A DNA stretch of 64,000 nt from Caecitellus pseudoparvulus (GCA_965644315.1 CBFFRQ010000054.1:374948-438947), one strand, 5' to 3'. Shown: positions 24,144 to 36,164, numbered from the stretch's first letter. Notes: generated by a model from the letters alone, not told the origin. Program-made: numbers and translations.

Positions 24144-25885
24144 TCACGCAGACGCTGCCAGGGCAGCCTGCCGCACCGCCTCGGCCAGCGCATCCGCTGC
24201 CTCCTGGCTGGCTGCCTCAGCGTACACACGCACGACATTCTCCGTGCCGCTGGGCCGCACAAACGCCCGCGCACTGGGGCCAGCCGCCGCCACCGCCTCG
24301 TCTATGGCGGCCTGCAGCGCTGCCGGCTGCTCCAGCCGCGTCTCGGAGGCGTTGGGCACGAACAGGGAGCGGTCGGGCACCGCCGCCTTGAGCTGGCGCG
24401 AGGGCAGGTCGTCGTACAGGCCGTCCCACTCCTGCAGTGTCCAGCCCTGCAGCATGAGCACCGCCTCGCAGAACAGGGCGTCTGACACGGCGTCGCCGAC
24501 GGCCTGGTTGATGAGGCGTGAGGCAGCCAGCAGGCGCCGCGCCGCAGCGCGTGCTTTGGGCGGCGCTGCTTCGTCTTCCGCCACAGCAGTTAGGCGGGCC
24601 AGCACCGCCGGCGTGAACAGCACCGTCCCATGTCCGTTGGCCTCGAAGTACACGCCGATGTCAAAGGCCGTGGCGGCGTGGTGCACGTACTTCACGCCGG
24701 TCTTGGCCAGCACCACGGGCAGGCCCAGCGTCTTCGTGATGTACGCGGTGCTGGCTCCATTGGCGTAGGCAGTCTGCACCACGCCCACGTTCACAGCGCC
24801 CTCCTCCGCCTGGCCCTGCCCCGGCGTGGCGCAGGGCCACCCCAGGTCCTTCAGCTGGCTCTGCAGGAACACACTGGCCAGAACAGCGATGGCGTCGCCG
24901 TCCAGCAGCGTCCACGTGTCGCCCTTGTAGTAGTGGAACACCACTCGATCAGCGTCGCCATCCAAGGACGCAGCTGGGCCAGGCGTCACGTCCGTGAACC
25001 CTCGTGGGGGCAGGCGCTGCTTCTGTGCGTACTCAGCGCCCGCTGCGTCGTTCAACAGGGCAGCGTCGCTGCCCTCTGGCGAGTTCACCACCTTCAACTG
25101 CACTGGCTGGGGCAGGAGGGGTGCCAGGGCGCTCACAGTCGTCGCACCCACCCCGTGTGCGCAGTCCACAGCCAGGGCGGGGCGTGGGCCCATGTCCGCC
25201 CCCTCCGCCAGCAGGTCTGTCAGCGCCTGGGCCATGAAGGCGTAGTAGCCCTGCACGCTGGCAGAGGCGTGCAGCGTGGCGTCCGTCGCGTTGGTGGCGC
25301 GGACGACGTGGTGCACGACTGGCGTGGGCACGACGCCGATGTCACGGACTGCCACGCCCACCAGCGCGACACCAGCGACCACCAGGTCCCGCAGAGCAGG
25401 ACTGGAGGGGCGTGTGTCGCGCCCCACGACCACGCTGGCGCCACTGCCCTCCTGCACAGCGGCGGCGGGGGCCAGGGCTGCCAGGGCGGCGGCGGCGTCG
25501 TCAGGCGACGCGTTGGCGATGGCGCCGGCATGCACCTCCCACTCTGCAGCAAGCATGCCGCCATCTGCGTCTACCAACTTCATCCCGTTGTCCTTCACGG
25601 GGTTGTGAGATGCCGTGATCATCACGCCCACGGCCTGCGAAGTGGCGTGGTGGGCGCATGCTCTGCACCAGTGGCCAGGGCTCCAGGCCGACACACCTTG
25701 CCCGTCACCTGCGCCCGCAGCGCAGCCAACACGCCCATGCGCAGGCAGACGGCATCCAGCAGCCCAGCTTGCATGCGGAACCCTGCCGTGCCGTAGGCGT
25801 ACTTTGTGCCTGCCGGGGGAGGGGTCTCCTTGAACGCTGCACTCGCAGAAGCCTGCCAGGCAGGCGCAGCTTGCTCGGCGGCCAT
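24144..25885 (-). CDS. PGM3: Phosphoacetylglucosamine mutase
   Basis: YGTAGFR, VMITASHNP (phosphoserine loop), SLDGDADR (metal loop), VQTAYANG, YFEANGHG and FVRPSGTENVVRVYAEA. One intron at ~25635-25696. Confidence 0.95.
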
Positions 25886-26185
25886 GGCAGCCGCTGCCCA
25901 GGAGGACGAAAGGAGAGAGAAGCAACGAGAGGAAACCTTGGACGATGTTCGGGGCGTGACTGTGCGTTTTGTCTGTTTTGGCGGCTGGGTGGCGGCGGCA
26001 GGGGCTCAGCAGGCGAGGGGACGCGCGGAATTTGATGCAGCCAACAATTCTCACGCCCCAACACACTCGAAAACCGCCCATTGACGTACACTTTCAAATA
26101 TTTTCGCCAACACAATAAAAGAAGCGTGTGTTGCGCTTCCGCTTGCCGCCTCGCTTCGTCGCTGCGCCTTGTGCAGCGGACGGGT

Positions 26186-27272
26186 ATGTGGCATGCCCGC
26201 AGGCTGCCCTTTCTCGGCGCAGCGACAGCAACAGCAGCGGCGGCGCGATCTGTGAGGCAACTGCGACTTGCTACAATGGGGGCTTCGCAGTCCCTGCCCA
26301 AGGTGGCCTCCAGCTCGCTTGCGACGCCCCTGGACGCCGAGCCCCACCTGCTGCAAGTGTACGTGCCTGGCTTGCGCACAAGCTGCCTGACTGCCACAGC
26401 GCACTGCTTCCCTTGCCCCCGCCACCAGAGACGGTCTGCGTGTCGGCATCACTGACTCCATGCCAGAGGGGGGCGAGGAAGCCACGATCCTGGCTGTGCA
26501 CGGCTCCCCCGGCAGTGTGCGTGACTGGCGGTACCTGGCGGGGGCCCTGGCGGAGCGTGCGCCCACTCTGCGCCTGCTCCGAGTGGACCTACCAGGATAC
26601 GCCAGCAGCTCAGACGAGGCCCTGCATGCTGCGCTGAGCGGCCGGGAAGACTGGGCCCCCCTCCTCCGCGCCATTGCAGCTCAGGTGGGCGTGCAGACCC
26701 CCCTGGTGGTGCTGGGGCACAGCAGTGGTGCGCATGTAGCTCTCAGCTTCGCGGCAGGGGCAGGGGCGGGGAAAGGCCTGCCTGGTGCTGCAGGGCTGGC
26801 CCTGGTAAACCCCATCGGCCTGAGCCCCCACAAGGGCATCTCGCCCTTCTGGCTGGTCCAAGCCTTGGGCTGGCCGCTCACGTGGACCTGGGCCAAGCAG
26901 GCATGGGCGGCAGGCGTGCTGCACCCCCTGTACACCAGCGTGCTCGGCTTCTCGCCCCGCACGTCAGTGGCGGACGTCAGCTTGAGCCACCGCCGCACGA
27001 TGCACCTGGACTTTCCCGCAGCCAACGCCGCTGCAGCGACTGTGGCCGACGAGGGTGTGCCCACCCTGGTGGCATGGACGGCTGACGACAACTTGGTGCA
27101 GGAGAGCATCAGCACTCGCCTGGCGCGAGCGCTGCCACACGGGCCCAGACTGGCCTTCCCCTCAGGCGGCCACCATGCGCAGAAGTTCCACGCTCACGAC
27201 ATTGCTGACGCACTCGCTGCACTTGTGCGAGACTACATCCTCGCCAGCGACAGCGATGAGGCAGAGGGATGA
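26186..27272 (+). CDS. Alpha/beta hydrolase (DUF1057-like), possible mitochondrial presequence
   Basis: VHGSPGSVRDWRYL, nucleophile GHSSG, acid DDNLV and His in GGHHAQK. An Arg/Ala-rich 5' exon (MWHARRLPFL...) is probably spliced; the start is inferred. Confidence 0.8.
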
Positions 27273-27369
27273 GGCCTGCAGGGGGTGCCGTCTGGCCCTG
27301 CCTCGTGAGTGGGTGGTGCATTGGGACAGCGGGTGCGGCCAGGTGCCGCTGGCTGTGTTGACACGCCCA

Positions 27370-28712
27370 TCACACCTTGCCAGCCAGCACGGCGGTCTCG
27401 TACGGCGTGAAGGCTGGGATGCCGGTGATGCAGCGGCCCAGGATCAGCGCATGCACGTCGTGTGTGCCTTCGTACGTGTTCACCGCCTCCAAATTCAACA
27501 CGTGGCGGATGACGCCGTACTCGTCCGAGATGCCGTTGCCGCCCAGCATGTCACGTGCCTCCCGGGCAATGGCCAGCGCCTTCCCGCAGTTGTTGCGCTT
27601 GACGACGCTGATCATCTCGGGGGGTGCGTTGCCCGTCTCGCGCTGGCGGGCCACCTGGATGGCGCCCAGCGTCCCCAGGCTGATGTCTGTCGCCATGTCC
27701 GCCAGCTTCTTCTGGATGAGCTGGTTGGCGGCCAGCGGCGCGCCGAACTGGTGCCGCTCCATCGTGTACTGCCGCGCAGTGGCGTAGCAGTACTCGGCAG
27801 CGCCCAGAGACCCAAAGGCGATGCCCAGGCGCGCTGAGTTCAGGCACGAGAAAGGCCCGGTGAAGCCCTTGGCCTTGGGCAGCATGGCCGACGCCGGCAC
27901 CTTGACGTCGTCGCAGAAAATCATGCCTGTGGGGCTGGCACGCAGGCTGAACTTGCCCTCGATGCGGGGGGCCGTCAACCCGGGCGTGTCCTTGTCCACG
28001 ACGAACCCTCGCAGGGTGCCGTCCTCCGTGCGTGCCCAAATGACGAACACGTCGGCGATGGGGCTGTTGGTGATCCAGTTCTTGCTGCCGTTCAAGATCC
28101 AGTCACCCCCTGGCCCTTGCTTGGCTGTCGTGAGCATGCCCCCCGGGTCGCTGCCGTGGTTGGGCTCCGTCAACCCGAAGCAGCCCACGAGGTCGCCGCT
28201 GGCCAGGCCGGGCAAGTACCTCTCCTTCTGCTCCTCCGAGCCGAAGGTGTTGATGGGGTGCATCACCAAGCTGGACTGCACGCTCATCGCAGAGCGGTAG
28301 GCAGAGTCCACCCGCTCCACCTCCCGCGCCACCATGCCGTAGCTGACGATGGAAGCGCCGACACACCCGTACCCCTCGATGGTCACGCCGAGCAGCCCCA
28401 GGGACCCCATTTCGCGGAAAATCTCCCTGTCGAACTTCTCGTGGCGGTGCCCCTCCAAAGCACGCGGCAACAGCTTCTCTTGGCAGTATGTGTGGGCCGT
28501 TGACTGTGCAGGTTGGCGCGGGAAGCGTGACACGGGCGAAGCGCGGAAATTGCATGCTCCACACTCACCTCAATCATTCGCTCTTCCTCTGTCAGCAGGG
28601 AGTGCCACTGCAGAGGGTCATCCCACTGCAGCTGGTTGCTAGACATGCACCGCACACCAGGCACCCCTCGGCGGGCAGCTGCTGCCGCCACTGCGCTTGC
28701 GCGGGCCAACAT
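27370..28712 (-). CDS. GCDH: Glutaryl-CoA dehydrogenase, mitochondrial
   Basis: Presequence [16 protein letters not shown]; [13 protein letters not shown]; [18 protein letters not shown]; [14 protein letters not shown]; [21 protein letters not shown]. One intron at ~28510-28568. Confidence 0.95.
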
Positions 28713-28902
28713 GCTGGGCGGGTGCGTCACAGGTGAAGTGAACTGCTACGAATTCGCCCCACGAGACAACCCGGGAGACTGGCAACGCATGCAGTGTACA
28801 AATGCAAGGACAGGGGGTTCAACTAATTCATTGTTCGTGTGGGCAGATTTGACGAGCGAGTACAAGTGGCGGCCGATCCCAAACGCCAAAAGCTGCGCCG
28901 CT

Positions 28903-30720
28903 TCACTCAGAAGCTTGGCTGCGTTGCTTGTTGCGGTTCCTGCGCTGCCGACGGGGCTTGTCAGCACCTGCAACAGACACATCCGACTTGGCTGCCGCCG
29001 TCTTGGCGCCGCCCTTCTGACCAGACCCGCCGCTGGCTGCTGCCGCCTTGGCGCCGCCCTTCTGACCAGACCCGCCGCTGGCTGCTGCTGTCTTGGCGCC
29101 GCCCTTCTGACCAGACCCGCCGCTGGCTGCTGCCGTCTTGGCGCCGCCCTTCTGACCAGACCCGCCGCTGGCTGCTGCCGCCTTGGCGCCGCCCTTCTGA
29201 CCAGACCCGCCGCTGGCTGCTGCTGCCTTGGCGCCGCCCTTCTGACCAGACCCGCCGCTGGCTGCTGCTGTCTTGGCGCCGCCCTTCTGACCAGACCCGC
29301 CGCTGGCTGCTGCTGCCTTGGCGCCGCCCTTCTGACCAGACCCGCCGCCGGCTGCTGCCGTCTTGGCGCCGCCCTTCTGGCCAGACCCGCCGCTGGCTGC
29401 TGCCGTCTTGGCGCCGCCCTTCTGGCCAGACCCGCCGCTGGCTGCTGCCGCCTTGGCGCCGCCCTTCTGGCCAGACCCGCCGCTGGCTGCTTGCGAAGAC
29501 CTCTGGCCACGCTGACTTGTGCCAGCGGGCTTCCTCTCCTGAGCTGAAGGTGACTGGGCAGGACGGGTGACCTGCAAGTTGCCTCGACGACTGCCAGCCG
29601 TGCTGGCGGGCTGCTTGGACCTGCCCTGGCTGGCAGGCGCCTCAGATCCACCCCTCCGGCCACGGCCATACCGTTGCCGTGGTTGGGGAGCTGCATCCCC
29701 GTACGCGACATCAACCTTCTGCAGCTCACGGGACAACTCCGACACCTCTTGTGCCAGCTCATCCGCCTGGAAGAGACTCTCCATGTGTGCTTCATACAGC
29801 ATGCATGCGGTGTCCACAGCACCCTTCCGCCCCAGCATGACGATGTCCAGGGGGTCTGACGGGCCGGAGCTGCGCACAGGCGCATCACCAGGCCTGGGCA
29901 GGGGCGCCCCACGGGGAACGATGTCGATCTGCATCACCTGGGACCGAGACTGGATATCACGGATGGTGGAGCCGCCTGCACCCACCACAAATCCAACCTG
30001 GGAGCCCACAATGGGGATGCGCTCCACGACAAAGTTCATGTCTGCCTTGGCAGCCGCCACTGCCCCCGGCGTGCCCTTGATGCGCACAGTGCAGGTGTCC
30101 TTGTCAATCACCACACGCTCGATGCCGTCCATGCCCTCCAGGCGGGCAATGTTCGCGCCGCCCTTGCCAATGACCAGGCCCAGAGCCTCCCGAGGCACCT
30201 TGAACTCAGCACGGCGACCCTGGCGCACTTCCTCCTCCACAGACGCCATCTCAGAAACCAGCCGCTCCTTCAAACGGCGCTGCTCGTGCAGGGCAATCTC
30301 TTGCTGCAGACGGAACTCAAGCAGTGCCCGTCCAGCACGCAGAGTGTCCATGTCCGAGGCTGACACGACGAACTGTGCCTTGCCCTGCCGAAGCACCACG
30401 CACTCAACGGACTCCACGCCAGCCTTCTCCCGCACGACATCAGCGAAGCTCCTCCCGCTCTCCGACATGCTCCAGTCAAACATCTCACGTGGAATGTCCA
30501 CAGACGCGCTTCGGTGCCCTCGCTGTGCCCTGCCACCACCGCGAGGGGCAGAACTTGCAGCGACTGCCTTCCCTCGCCCCTTACCACCAGCACTTCTGCT
30601 GTCCTTCCCACCCCGGGATGGGGATGGCGCACCCGCGCTGGGGACCTTCTCAGCTGGTGCAGTCTGCTTCTTACCGGACCTGCGTCCGCGTCGGGGTCCG
30701 GGCGAGCCTGAATCTGCCAT
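28903..30720 (-). CDS. FMR1/FXR-like RNA-binding protein (KH0-KH1-KH2, RG-rich segment, low-complexity tail)
   Basis: KH GxxG loops LGLVIGKGGANI and VGFVVGAGGSTI. Inter-domain and post-KH2 segments match my recollection of FMR1/FXR. RYGRGRRGG follows. Confidence 0.8.
   Translation of the reverse strand: MADSGSPGPRRGRRSGKKQTAPAEKVPSAGAPSPSRGGKDSRSAGGKGRGKAVAASSAPRGGGRAQRGHRSASVDIPREMFDWSMSESGRSFADVVREKAGVESVECVVLRQGKAQFVVSASDMDTLRAGRALLEFRLQQEIALHEQRRLKERLVSEMASVEEEVRQGRRAEFKVPREALGLVIGKGGANIARLEGMDGIERVVIDKDTCTVRIKGTPGAVAAAKADMNFVVERIPIVGSQVGFVVGAGGSTIRDIQSRSQVMQIDIVPRGAPLPRPGDAPVRSSGPSDPLDIVMLGRKGAVDTACMLYEAHMESLFQADELAQEVSELSRELQKVDVAYGDAAPQPRQRYGRGRRGGSEAPASQGRSKQPASTAGSRRGNLQVTRPAQSPSAQERKPAGTSQRGQRSSQAASGGSGQKGGAKAAAASGGSGQKGGAKTAAASGGSGQKGGAKTAAAGGGSGQKGGAKAAAASGGSGQKGGAKTAAASGGSGQKGGAKAAAASGGSGQKGGAKAAAASGGSGQKGGAKTAAASGGSGQKGGAKTAAASGGSGQKGGAKAAAASGGSGQKGGAKTAAAKSDVSVAGADKPRRQRRNRNKQRSQASE
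28991..29490. repeat. Coding tandem repeat, 11 x 45 bp (SGGSGQKGGAK[A/T]AAA)
   Basis: The unit cttggcgccgcccttctg(a/g)ccagacccgccgctggctgctgc... repeats head to tail; 11 copies counted in the translation. Confidence 0.95.
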
Positions 30721-31494
30721 GGCACGGGAAGGCGTGGTGACGAGGCGTTTCACACAAATCCGCTGCAGTGCTTTGAAGGCACAGTGCAAGCAGGCGCTTG
30801 CAGAGCAAACTCAGTCGAGGAAAGAAGCACCACGTCGGCAGGCAGTCACATTCGATGTTGCTGGGTGTCTGGAATGGTGACGATGACCGTGGAAGGATGG
30901 AACCGCCGGCGGCACTCTCACAACGTTTCGTTGCATCATTCACGGGACTCATTTATATCCTGGGTTCTCGCTAGAACCCTGCATTCGCTCCTCAGTACTT
31001 TCAGAAAGCCCTCCACGCATTGTCACTACTCCATTGCTGACCAGCTGGTTGCGTTGTGGTCCCCGTAAGTGTCTCACCTCCGGCCAGTCACTCTTGTTTG
31101 CGCCGTTTGGCTGGCTGTGCCTTTCCTCTCTGCTGTGTCGAAACGCCCAGACGTGGCCTGGGATGGCTGCCGGCACAACCCAGCTGGATGTGTTGGCGAG
31201 AAGGTGGCAGTTTGTGTTAGCATGTCTGTGCCTTCAGAGCCATGCTGTGCGGTAGGGTGGAGCAACCACACCTGAGCCGCCACTGGCTCAGCTGCGGAAT
31301 TTGCCATCATCCGCAGCCCACTCTGGTTCCCTCTTGGAGGGAGCTACTCGGCTCCACGGAGCCCACCCTTCCCATCAAGTGCTTCAGTCTCCCCGGCATT
31401 CCCACTGTGTCTATGCGTGTCTCTTGTGTGCACCTGGCCCCACTGCTGACCTCGCCCTGCCTTCGCAGACACACACAGCAGCACCCCGACAGCC

Positions 31495-32202
31495 ATGAAG
31501 CTGAACCTGGCCAACCCCGCCACCGGGGCCATGAAGGTCCTGAACATCGATGACGAGAAGGTGCTCGTCAACTTCTACGACAAGCGCATGTCTCAGACCG
31601 TCCCCGGCGACATCCTGGGTGATGAGTTCAAGGGTTACGAGTTCAAGATCACCGGCGGAAACGACAAGCAGGGTTTCCCCATGATGCAGGGCGTCATGTC
31701 CGCCAACCGCGTGCGTCTGCTCATGTCCAAGGGCTTCTGCTACTACCGCCCCCGCCGCACCGGCGAGCGCAAGCGCAAGTCTGTCCGTGGCTGCATCGTC
31801 GGCCCCGACCTTGCCGTGCTCAACCTGCTGGTGACCCAGACCGGCGAGAGCGAGGTTGTCGGACTCACCGATGAGGCCAGCGCCCAGCCCGCCCGCCTCG
31901 GCCCCAAGCGTGCCAACCACATCCGTCAGCTGTTCAACCTGACCAAGGAGGACGACGTCCGCAAGTACGTCATGTCCCGCGAGGTCAAGCAGAAGAACGG
32001 CAAGACCACCACCAAGCGCCCCAAGATCCAGCGCCTCATCACCCCCAAGACCCTCGCCCGCAAGCGCGCCCGCATGGCCGCCAAGGAGGCACAGCGCGTC
32101 AAGTCCATCAAGGAGGCTGAGGCGTACGAGGCCCTGCGCTCCAAGCGCCTTGCTGAGCGCAAGGAGCGCAAGAGCAGCCGCAAGAGCAGCCGCAAGGAGT
32201 AA
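31495..32202 (+). CDS. RPS6: 40S ribosomal protein S6 (eS6)
   Basis: [47 protein letters not shown] and PKIQRLITP; strong C-ending codon bias. Confidence 0.98.
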   Translation: MKLNLANPATGAMKVLNIDDEKVLVNFYDKRMSQTVPGDILGDEFKGYEFKITGGNDKQGFPMMQGVMSANRVRLLMSKGFCYYRPRRTGERKRKSVRGCIVGPDLAVLNLLVTQTGESEVVGLTDEASAQPARLGPKRANHIRQLFNLTKEDDVRKYVMSREVKQKNGKTTTKRPKIQRLITPKTLARKRARMAAKEAQRVKSIKEAEAYEALRSKRLAERKERKSSRKSSRKE

Positions 32203-32523
32203 ATTTGCGTTGCACTCTTCACAGCAATGCATTGATTGGAGGTTCACGTGGCTCCTTCCCAGGCAGGGATGCCGATGGCGGAAATGCTCAGAGACCATCG
32301 AGCTAAGAGTGACTTGGGACTGATGGATGGCTTGGAGCTGAAGCAAAGGAGTCTGGCAGGTGAGTCATGGGCATGGCTGAGCTCAAAACAGCGAACACAT
32401 CTTGGACGTGCAGTGAAGACAGACTGCCGATCCTCCGATGACACTGCGCTGAGCCTCCTTTGCTGTTTTGCAGACTAGGGTGTCGGAGTGAGCGGGAAGT
32501 GCGGAAACTGCATCCACCACGCC

Positions 32524-33453
32524 ATGGCTGATGGCAGCGACAGTGAGTCAGTGGTGGGGCGATGGAAGGCTGCATGCGACGGGGAGCAGGTAGATGTATT
32601 GCTGAGCATACTTGAGAGGTGCGGTGGTGGTGCGGGTGTGGGTCTGGAAGGACTGTCAAGGGAAGAGACGACCGCTGGCTTCATGGTTGCTTGTAAAACG
32701 GGACACGCTGGACTGCTGCGTGAGCTGCTGGCGCTGGCAGGGGATCTTGCAGTGGATGTGCATGTGGGCCCGGAGGACTGTCCTGAGGCAGGGTTTCGGT
32801 TCGCCTGCCAGAATGGACACGTGGATGTGGTTCGGGAGCTCTTGTCATTGACGGGGGATCGAGCCGTGGATGTGCACGCAGGGCTTGGGAGCGATCCTGA
32901 GTATGGCTTCCGGCTTGCCTGTGTGAACGGACATGTGGACGTGGTGCGCGAGCTGCTCAAGCTCAGCGATGAACGGGAAGTGGACGTGCATGCTCCCTTC
33001 TGGGGCGAGCCTGAGGCTGGCTTCCTCGGTGCCTGCGAGAAGGGGCACGTGGATGTTCTGAGAGAGCTCCTCGCGTTGAGCGGGCATCGAGAAGTTAATG
33101 TGCATGTAGGGTCTGGTGGCACGCCAGAGGCTGGCTTCCTGGCTGCCTGTCAGTTTGGACACACTGATGTGGTTCGAGAGCTGTTGGCCCTGAGCGGGCA
33201 CCGTGAAGTAGACGTCCACGTACAAGACTGGGGCGTTCCAGAAATTTGCTTTCGACGGGCCTTTCAGAATGGGCATGCAGGTGTGCTGCGTGAGCTGTTG
33301 GGCCTCACTGGCCATCGAGCCACCCCCATGCAGACACGCCTTGAGGTAGGGGAGGGGGCTGTGCAGCCGGCCAAGGACGCGGTGTGGGCCGGCACGAGCA
33401 CTCGACAGGGTCGCGTGGCCATGCTGCTGCTGCGGGCTTCTCGAACGGCCTAG
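32524..33453 (+). CDS. Ankyrin-like repeat protein, copy A (6 x 38-aa units)
   Basis: Repeat unit GFxxACxxGHxDVVRELLxLxGxRxVDVHxxxxxxPEx; ATG in ccaccacgccATGG context; no introns. Confidence 0.9.
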   Translation: MADGSDSESVVGRWKAACDGEQVDVLLSILERCGGGAGVGLEGLSREETTAGFMVACKTGHAGLLRELLALAGDLAVDVHVGPEDCPEAGFRFACQNGHVDVVRELLSLTGDRAVDVHAGLGSDPEYGFRLACVNGHVDVVRELLKLSDEREVDVHAPFWGEPEAGFLGACEKGHVDVLRELLALSGHREVNVHVGSGGTPEAGFLAACQFGHTDVVRELLALSGHREVDVHVQDWGVPEICFRRAFQNGHAGVLRELLGLTGHRATPMQTRLEVGEGAVQPAKDAVWAGTSTRQGRVAMLLLRASRTA

Positions 33454-33479
33454 CTGCTCAGTCTGCTTCCTGTGCATTC

Positions 33480-36110
33480 CTCAGGCCACCATTAGCACTG
33501 GATCCCTGCAATACACAGCTGATTTCTCAATACAAGGGCTTGCATGGCCGCCTCTGGCACACAACGCGTCCAACGTACTGCCACCTCCATGAAGGAAGGT
33601 CCATGAATGAGGGTGTGTTTCTACACCCATGGCCGGGTGGGGATTCTCAAACCACTCTTCGTGGGAATGCAGTGTAGTCCAGGCTCCGCACCCCTGCGAT
33701 ATGTTCACGTTGGCCAAGACGCTTGCGGCCTTTGCTTGAGTCGGTGGCAATGAGACAAGAAGTACATACTCTCCGTGCATTGTGGTGAGAGTTAAAAGGC
33801 GCTCAAGTTCAATCGACGAACTTGCTCGAGCTTGACTCTGACCCAACTTGCACGAAAAGTGGGGGCCAGTAGAGAGAGAAGCCTCTATCGATTGAAGCAA
33901 GTGAAGAAGAAGCAAAAAGCAGGAAAGGCGACGAAAACGCAGCTGCATGCTCCCCAATGAAACGTATTCCTTCCGTCTTGAAATGTGGCCCTTGTACAAA
34001 GGCGCCACAAGGGATGAAAGTTGATGATTGTGTCGGGACGAATGTGGGCTTCATGCCAAGAGGAGAAAACCCTTGCATGGAAACGCACTACAAAACTGGT
34101 GTTGCTTGTCCGCGCTGCAGAGGACATACGTCGCGCAAAGTCTCGAACATTTGTGCACTGCATGGATTCAAAATTGTTGCTCACAATCACAGCTGAAGGT
34201 ATTCCTCAGTCCAGCACAGACTTCAAAGAAGCACCCTTCAAATTCATGCGTGGCATGCTCTTGCCATATCAATAAAGTTCTGGTTCAACAAAAGAGGGCT
34301 GCTAGAAAATTATATGTGTCTCGATTTTCTCTCATTAAAGCTGTTCCGCGCGAAAGCCCATTGAGCTACAACATTGCCATGCGCAACTCATCAACAAGAA
34401 TACAGATGCGACCTCTCGACACAAATGAACGACTCCAATCGACATATATCTTGAATGTATGTTCAGGGCAGATCTTCCAAGCAAGCTCTGATGAGGCCTT
34501 ATTCGATTGGTCGTCAAATTGAGTGTAAGCAGCAATTTCCTTCCCCACATTTTCCCTCTGAAATGACGAAAATCCGCTCGCAGAAGTCATTTTTGTCGTT
34601 CCATTCTCCTTCATCCGCAATGCGTACCAGCATAAGTTCTCGTTTATTTAAACGCTTCAAGCGGTCGTGCTTGGTGGAGTGAGATAAAATGTTCATGCGG
34701 CACAGTGTAAAACAAAGGAAGAACTGCATCACATTGCAGCAACGCACAAAACGTGACTCCTCATGTGCTACCCCACAGCCATCCATAAAGCCTCTGCTGT
34801 ATTGGAGGTGAAAGGAAGAGTGATTCTTTTCATGCAAAGACTTCCCTTACTCATTTTCAGAGAATCTGGCTCATGAGAACTCAAGGATCTTCTGCCTCAA
34901 GCACCACAAGAAGCACTCCATACTTTCATTCCTAAAGCAAGCTGCCTTGCGTTCCTCTCAGTTTTGCGTCTTTAATTACATGAAGAGGTTCCCACATGTT
35001 TATGTGTGGGGAGGAATTGTCATTGCTTCGGCTCTGGTGCAAAAGTTGCAGGTGACGGATGGGTTGTACTTCAAAACGTAGTGTAGATTTTTGATCGGTT
35101 TTCAGATGAGATTTATGTCTGCCCATCTTTGCTTGAGGACGAGTCCGAGTTGTTTGCAGCAGGTTCCCGACAAAATGAAGCACTCTCAAGCAGATGTGAA
35201 CGCTGCTGGCTCCTCGTAGTCAAGTGATGCCGACTTCTTTGATGAAACTTGTTATCTCTTCGTATCATCTTCGCAGCCAACGCTCAAAATTGAACTGGAC
35301 CGGTTAGGACTATGCGCGGAGTTTCCACTGATTGACCATTTCCTTGAGTTTCTGTACAAGCTCAAAAATAAACGCAAAATCTGCTTTGTTATTTCTGAGC
35401 AAGCGTTGAAGACAAAAGTTTGTTCATCGAGGCATGCACCGTGTTCTATCAAGAGGAGGAGTGAGTCCTTTCGCCATCTGTTTCCACCAGCACAGTATTT
35501 GCGCGTTCGATTTCTCTCATGCACTGGACGGTATCTCGAATGACTTTGCTTTCACTTACCAGGGAAAAGATACTGCAGTTGGGTTTATGTCATCAGATCG
35601 TGTGACTTGGGTTCTTGTACAAGACTCAGACTTCATACTTGCATTTGAGTCATTCTGCTTGGGAGAAGACTTGAGGTGTCGAGCGGGTAATGTGATGCAA
35701 AGGAGTCAATTAAGCCGTGCCCTTTGCTCTAACAATGCGCAGATCGGGTTTGTAAAGTTCTGTGAGAAAAGTGCCGTTTTCCTGGGACTTGCAGCCCATG
35801 GTTTTTCCGGGCGAGGTTTGCCCGAGGTGCATTCTGTGTGATTGTTGAGCGCAAAGCGGGCCAAAAGCTTTCCTCACGCCAATGTCCTGTATTGGCAGAA
35901 TTGCCACCCTCTTTCGCAGAGGCCACGAGTCCAACTTACCAGTTGAAGACCCAGCTCTGGCGTGAAGCCATAGCAACAGTGCATTTCTGCAAGAAGGGTC
36001 ACGCATAGCCGAACTCTGCAAGAGGTGGGGGGAACGGCCTCTGTGGTGAACCCGCCTTTCTGGTAGAATCAACACTTTGGACGTCATGAAGGAACGCACT
36101 TGCCCAGTTG
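33480..36110. other. Low-GC island with only short or broken ORFs
   Basis: Visibly AT-richer than the flanks (line 34261 is 21/60 GC). No ORF over 175 aa and no domain I recognise. Confidence 0.7.
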
Positions 36111-36164
36111 TGGATACCACAGCTGTGTTGCAGGAGGCCAGTGGACAGGACGTATCCCGGGTGG

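Noticed and set aside
21104-24274. 1056-aa antisense ORF (and similar ones such as 42994-45264 and 12014-13459)
   Set aside because: These are shadow frames of real genes in GC-rich DNA with few stop codons, and they carry no domain content.
28991-29490. CRISPR-like array
   Set aside because: The units are contiguous with no unique spacers, are in frame within a CDS, and have no cas genes nearby; the context is eukaryotic.
33480-36110. Intact endogenous virophage, Polinton or transposon
   Set aside because: No capsid, integrase, polymerase or transposase motif and no terminal repeats are recognisable; the stretch is too short. Kept only as an unexplained island.
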